NCBI GenBank assembly: GCA_963775425.1
Contig: CAVZJB010000014.1
Span: 160,001-224,000, forward strand
Origin: an uncultured delta proteobacterium
GTDB lineage: Bacteria; Myxococcota; UBA727; VGSZ01
DNA: 64,000 bases
Direction: 5' to 3'
Shown: piece after piece, positions 61,534 to 64,000 of the stretch
Numbering within the stretch: the first letter of the stretch is position 1
Layout of the letters: every line of letters starts with the position of its first letter
The notes under the pieces: model-generated
What the model was told of the DNA's origin: nothing
The model's database searches: none
The model's input: only the letters and a program-made list of their open reading frames with translations
Translations under genes and position numbers: made by a program

Positions 61534-62088
61534 GTGAAGCCCGCCGTGCTCGCCGTCCTCGTCGCCGCGTGCGTCTCCGTCGCCGGAGCTCGCGCCGACG
61601 AGGCGGCGCCGGCCCCCGCGCCGGAGCAGCCGTCGTCGTCACCTGCGCCGGCCCCCGCGCCGGAGCAGCCGTCGTCGTCGACACCTGCGCCGGCCCCCGC
61701 GCCGTCGCCGTCGCCGTCGCCGTCGTCGTCGTCGTCGTCGTCGTCATCGTCGGCTGCGTCGCCGTCGTCGTCGTCGGCTGCGGCGCCCGCGCCGTCGTCG
61801 CCGCCCCCCGCGGCCGTCGAGCCCGAGGGCGGAGTGGGCGGCACCGGGAGGCTCGGCGTCGGGCTGCTCGCCGTCGGGGCGGCGCTGGCGACGTCCACGG
61901 CGGCGGGGGTGACGCTCCTGCAGGCCGTGACGACGCCCGACGACAACCGGAACAAGCCGCAGCACCCGGAGATCGTGCAGGTGAGCGGCTTCGCGACCAT
62001 CACGCTCGCGTCGTTGTCGGCGGGCCTGATGATCTTCGGCGCCGGGCTCGTCGCGGAGGACGCGGTCCAGGCGCCCGCGACCCCGTAG
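61534..62088 (+). CDS. Exported/membrane protein with Pro/Ser-rich linker
   Basis: Signal peptide (ARA-DE), APAPAPEQPSSS repeats, poly-Ser and 2 TM. Confidence 0.65.
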   Translation: MKPAVLAVLVAACVSVAGARADEAAPAPAPEQPSSSPAPAPAPEQPSSSTPAPAPAPSPSPSPSSSSSSSSSSAASPSSSSAAAPAPSSPPPAAVEPEGGVGGTGRLGVGLLAVGAALATSTAAGVTLLQAVTTPDDNRNKPQHPEIVQVSGFATITLASLSAGLMIFGAGLVAEDAVQAPATP

Positions 62089-62091
62089 CGC

Positions 62092-62547
62092 TCACGGGCT
62101 CGGCGCGTGCTCGCCCTTGTGGGCGCGGCGCAGCGTGTGGACGACGCGCCACGTGTGGTCCTGCTCCTCGAGCAGCCCGCGCGCGAATTCGACGAGGTCA
62201 CGCTCGTGCATGCCGTCGATCCCGCGGCGGTAGTCGTCGCGCCCGTGGTCCTCGCCCTGCTCGAGCGCGAGCAAGAGCGCGCCGTCGCCGAGCGCGGAGG
62301 CCGTCCCCGCCGTGAGCCTGGCGATGGCGCCCCACGCGCCGCTGGACGTGGCGGCGACGGCGCCGAGCGCGCCGATCCTCCCCCGCAGCTTGCTGACGCG
62401 CAGCTCGTGCGAGGACTGGCAGAGGGCCAGCTCCCCCTGCACGCTGAGCGGTGTGACCCGCTCGCGCGCCTGCCGGTAGGTCTCCACGGCGGAGATCTCG
62501 CCGCGGAGGAACGAGTTGAGCTGCGCGATGTCGGCGTCGAGGGCCAT
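62092..62547 (-). CDS. Ferritin-like DUF2383/PA2169 family protein
   Basis: LNSFLRGEISAVETY, SSGAWG, LEQGEDHG..DY. GGAGG RBS. Confidence 0.85.
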   Translation of the reverse strand: MALDADIAQLNSFLRGEISAVETYRQARERVTPLSVQGELALCQSSHELRVSKLRGRIGALGAVAATSSGAWGAIARLTAGTASALGDGALLLALEQGEDHGRDDYRRGIDGMHERDLVEFARGLLEEQDHTWRVVHTLRRAHKGEHAPSP

Positions 62548-62616
62548 GGCCACCTCCGCCCGCGACGTCTGCAGCGCGCGTGCCTCGCGGCCGACCGGAG
62601 GGAGCGGCCGCGCAGA

Positions 62617-63075
62617 TCACGGCTTCAGCGTGCCCACGCTCTTGCGCACGCCGTCGACCTCCTTGTCGAAGGTCGGCTTCTCGGCGACGTACTCCACGAC
62701 ACGGATGGTGTCGGAGAACACGCCGCCGTAGACGAACAGCGACAACAGCTCGCGGAACGTCCGCCCGTTCACGGTGCTCTCGACGACCATCTCCTTGCCC
62801 GGCGTGCCCCCGCCGTCCTTGACGTCGGCCTCGCTGACCACGAGGTAGCCGCGGTTGTCCTTGAGGTCCGTGCGCAGGGCGTCATGCCAGAACGCGAGCC
62901 CGCCCTGATCGTCGTCGTCGAAGTCCCGGATCCAGAGCTTTGACTCCTCGGGCGTGATGGCTTTCAGCTCGTCGAAGCCCTTGTCGACGACGAGGAAGCG
63001 GTCGGGCGGCGTGAACGAGATGCAGCCGGAGGCCAGGGAGGCGAACGCGACGGCGATGATGATGGGGAGTCTCAT
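62617..63075 (-). CDS. Hypothetical lipoprotein
   Basis: Lipobox ASGC; lies directly downstream of the DUF4349 gene. Confidence 0.75.
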   Translation of the reverse strand: MRLPIIIAVAFASLASGCISFTPPDRFLVVDKGFDELKAITPEESKLWIRDFDDDDQGGLAFWHDALRTDLKDNRGYLVVSEADVKDGGGTPGKEMVVESTVNGRTFRELLSLFVYGGVFSDTIRVVEYVAEKPTFDKEVDGVRKSVGTLKP

Positions 63076-63084
63076 GGCGTTGCC

Positions 63085-63999
63085 TCAGAAGTTGTTGAGG
63101 ACGGACTCGATGCCGACCTTGTTGATCCAGTCGAAGCGCGACCGCACGCGCGTGGGGCCGCGCGTCGGCGGCGGCGCGTTCGAGTAGAAGGTGACCGACA
63201 ACGTCGACAGCGCCACCTGGTCCTTCAGGAAGCGCAGCTCGCCCTTCATTCCTTCGATCTCGTCGGTGAGGCGGCGCACCTCGCTTTCGATCTTCAAGAT
63301 CTCTTCCATCTTGGTGGCCTGCTTGAGGAGGTCGAGCAGGCGCTCACGGCTCTTCTCCGCGGTCTCCAGCCGCAGCTCGATGTCGAAGACCTTCTTGGTG
63401 ACGTCCTCGGCGCTGATCTGCTTTTGCGTGACCTGGCCGTACGAGCCGAGCTCGCCGACGAGGTCGTAGAACTTCTCGGCCGGCACGCGCAGCGTCACCG
63501 TGGCGTTGTTGGCGCCGCTGTTCGCGGTCTGGCCCTCGACGTAGCCCCCGAGCTCCTTGGCGCGCGCCGCGAGCTTGTCGACGGCGTCGTCCACGGCGAC
63601 GACGACGACGGTGACGCTGCCCTTGTAGATCACGAGCCGCGGCCCCGACGCCTCCGGCGCCTTGTCCGGCGCTGTGCTCGCGGCCGCAGGCGTCGTGCCC
63701 GGGAGCGGCGGCGGCGGCGGCGGCGCCGGCGGCGCGTTCGCCTGCCGGCTCACTTCACCCGAGACGTCGTCGTCGGAGAAGTCGAAGAGCCCCCGCGGCC
63801 TGCTTGCGACCGTGGCGCGCTCCGCCTCCTGCGGCATCATCGGCGCCGCCGCGGCGGCGGGGCCGGAGCCGCCGCCGCTGTACTGCGCGGGCGCCTCGTT
63901 CCTGTCCTCGTCGAAGACGCCGCCGACGGGCTCCCCGCGCGCCGACGGACCCGCCGCCGCGCACGAGGCAGAGACGGCCGTGACGGCGACGACGAGCGC
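63085..63999 (-). CDS. DUF4349 family lipoprotein (5' end lies outside the window)
   Basis: GGYVE, TLRVPA, AEDVT, RLLDLL, EIEGMKG..L...VALSTL. The frame stays open to the window edge with a lipobox VSASC. Confidence 0.85.
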   Translation of the reverse strand, partial: ALVVAVTAVSASCAAAGPSARGEPVGGVFDEDRNEAPAQYSGGGSGPAAAAAPMMPQEAERATVASRPRGLFDFSDDDVSGEVSRQANAPPAPPPPPPLPGTTPAAASTAPDKAPEASGPRLVIYKGSVTVVVVAVDDAVDKLAARAKELGGYVEGQTANSGANNATVTLRVPAEKFYDLVGELGSYGQVTQKQISAEDVTKKVFDIELRLETAEKSRERLLDLLKQATKMEEILKIESEVRRLTDEIEGMKGELRFLKDQVALSTLSVTFYSNAPPPTRGPTRVRSRFDWINKVGIESVLNNF

Positions 64000-64000
64000 G

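Overview
High-GC bacterial chromosome segment; the gene content (AgmX/GltJ-like protein, Cys-rich repeats, DUF1552/DUF1592 pair, Ser/Thr kinase, many lipoproteins) suggests Myxococcota or a related deltaproteobacterial lineage. Recognisable genes include pgi, gltA, pepQ, dnaA, rpmH, rnpA and yjgA/darP, plus transporters, an M16 peptidase pair, an Hsp70-like protein, an 1853-aa AAA+ ATPase and five secreted proteins with long (Gly-Glu)n tracts. The standout is an unannotated ~400-nt structured RNA at ~1771-2171 with a candidate promoter and an intrinsic terminator. It carries two circularly permuted tRNA-like domains (T arm before D arm, acceptor stem closed by a loop, one loop being CCA), a 5'-end/loop pseudoknot and a hexamer-repeat 5' leader. 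It lies within ~2 kb of a conserved 244-aa uncharacterised protein and a truncated endonuclease V. Other oddities are two lysyl-oxidase-like paralogs lacking the copper-binding histidines, a dnaA locus without dnaN or consensus DnaA boxes, paired operator-like palindromes and degenerate mobile-element relics. All family assignments come from motif recognition by eye, not from database searches.
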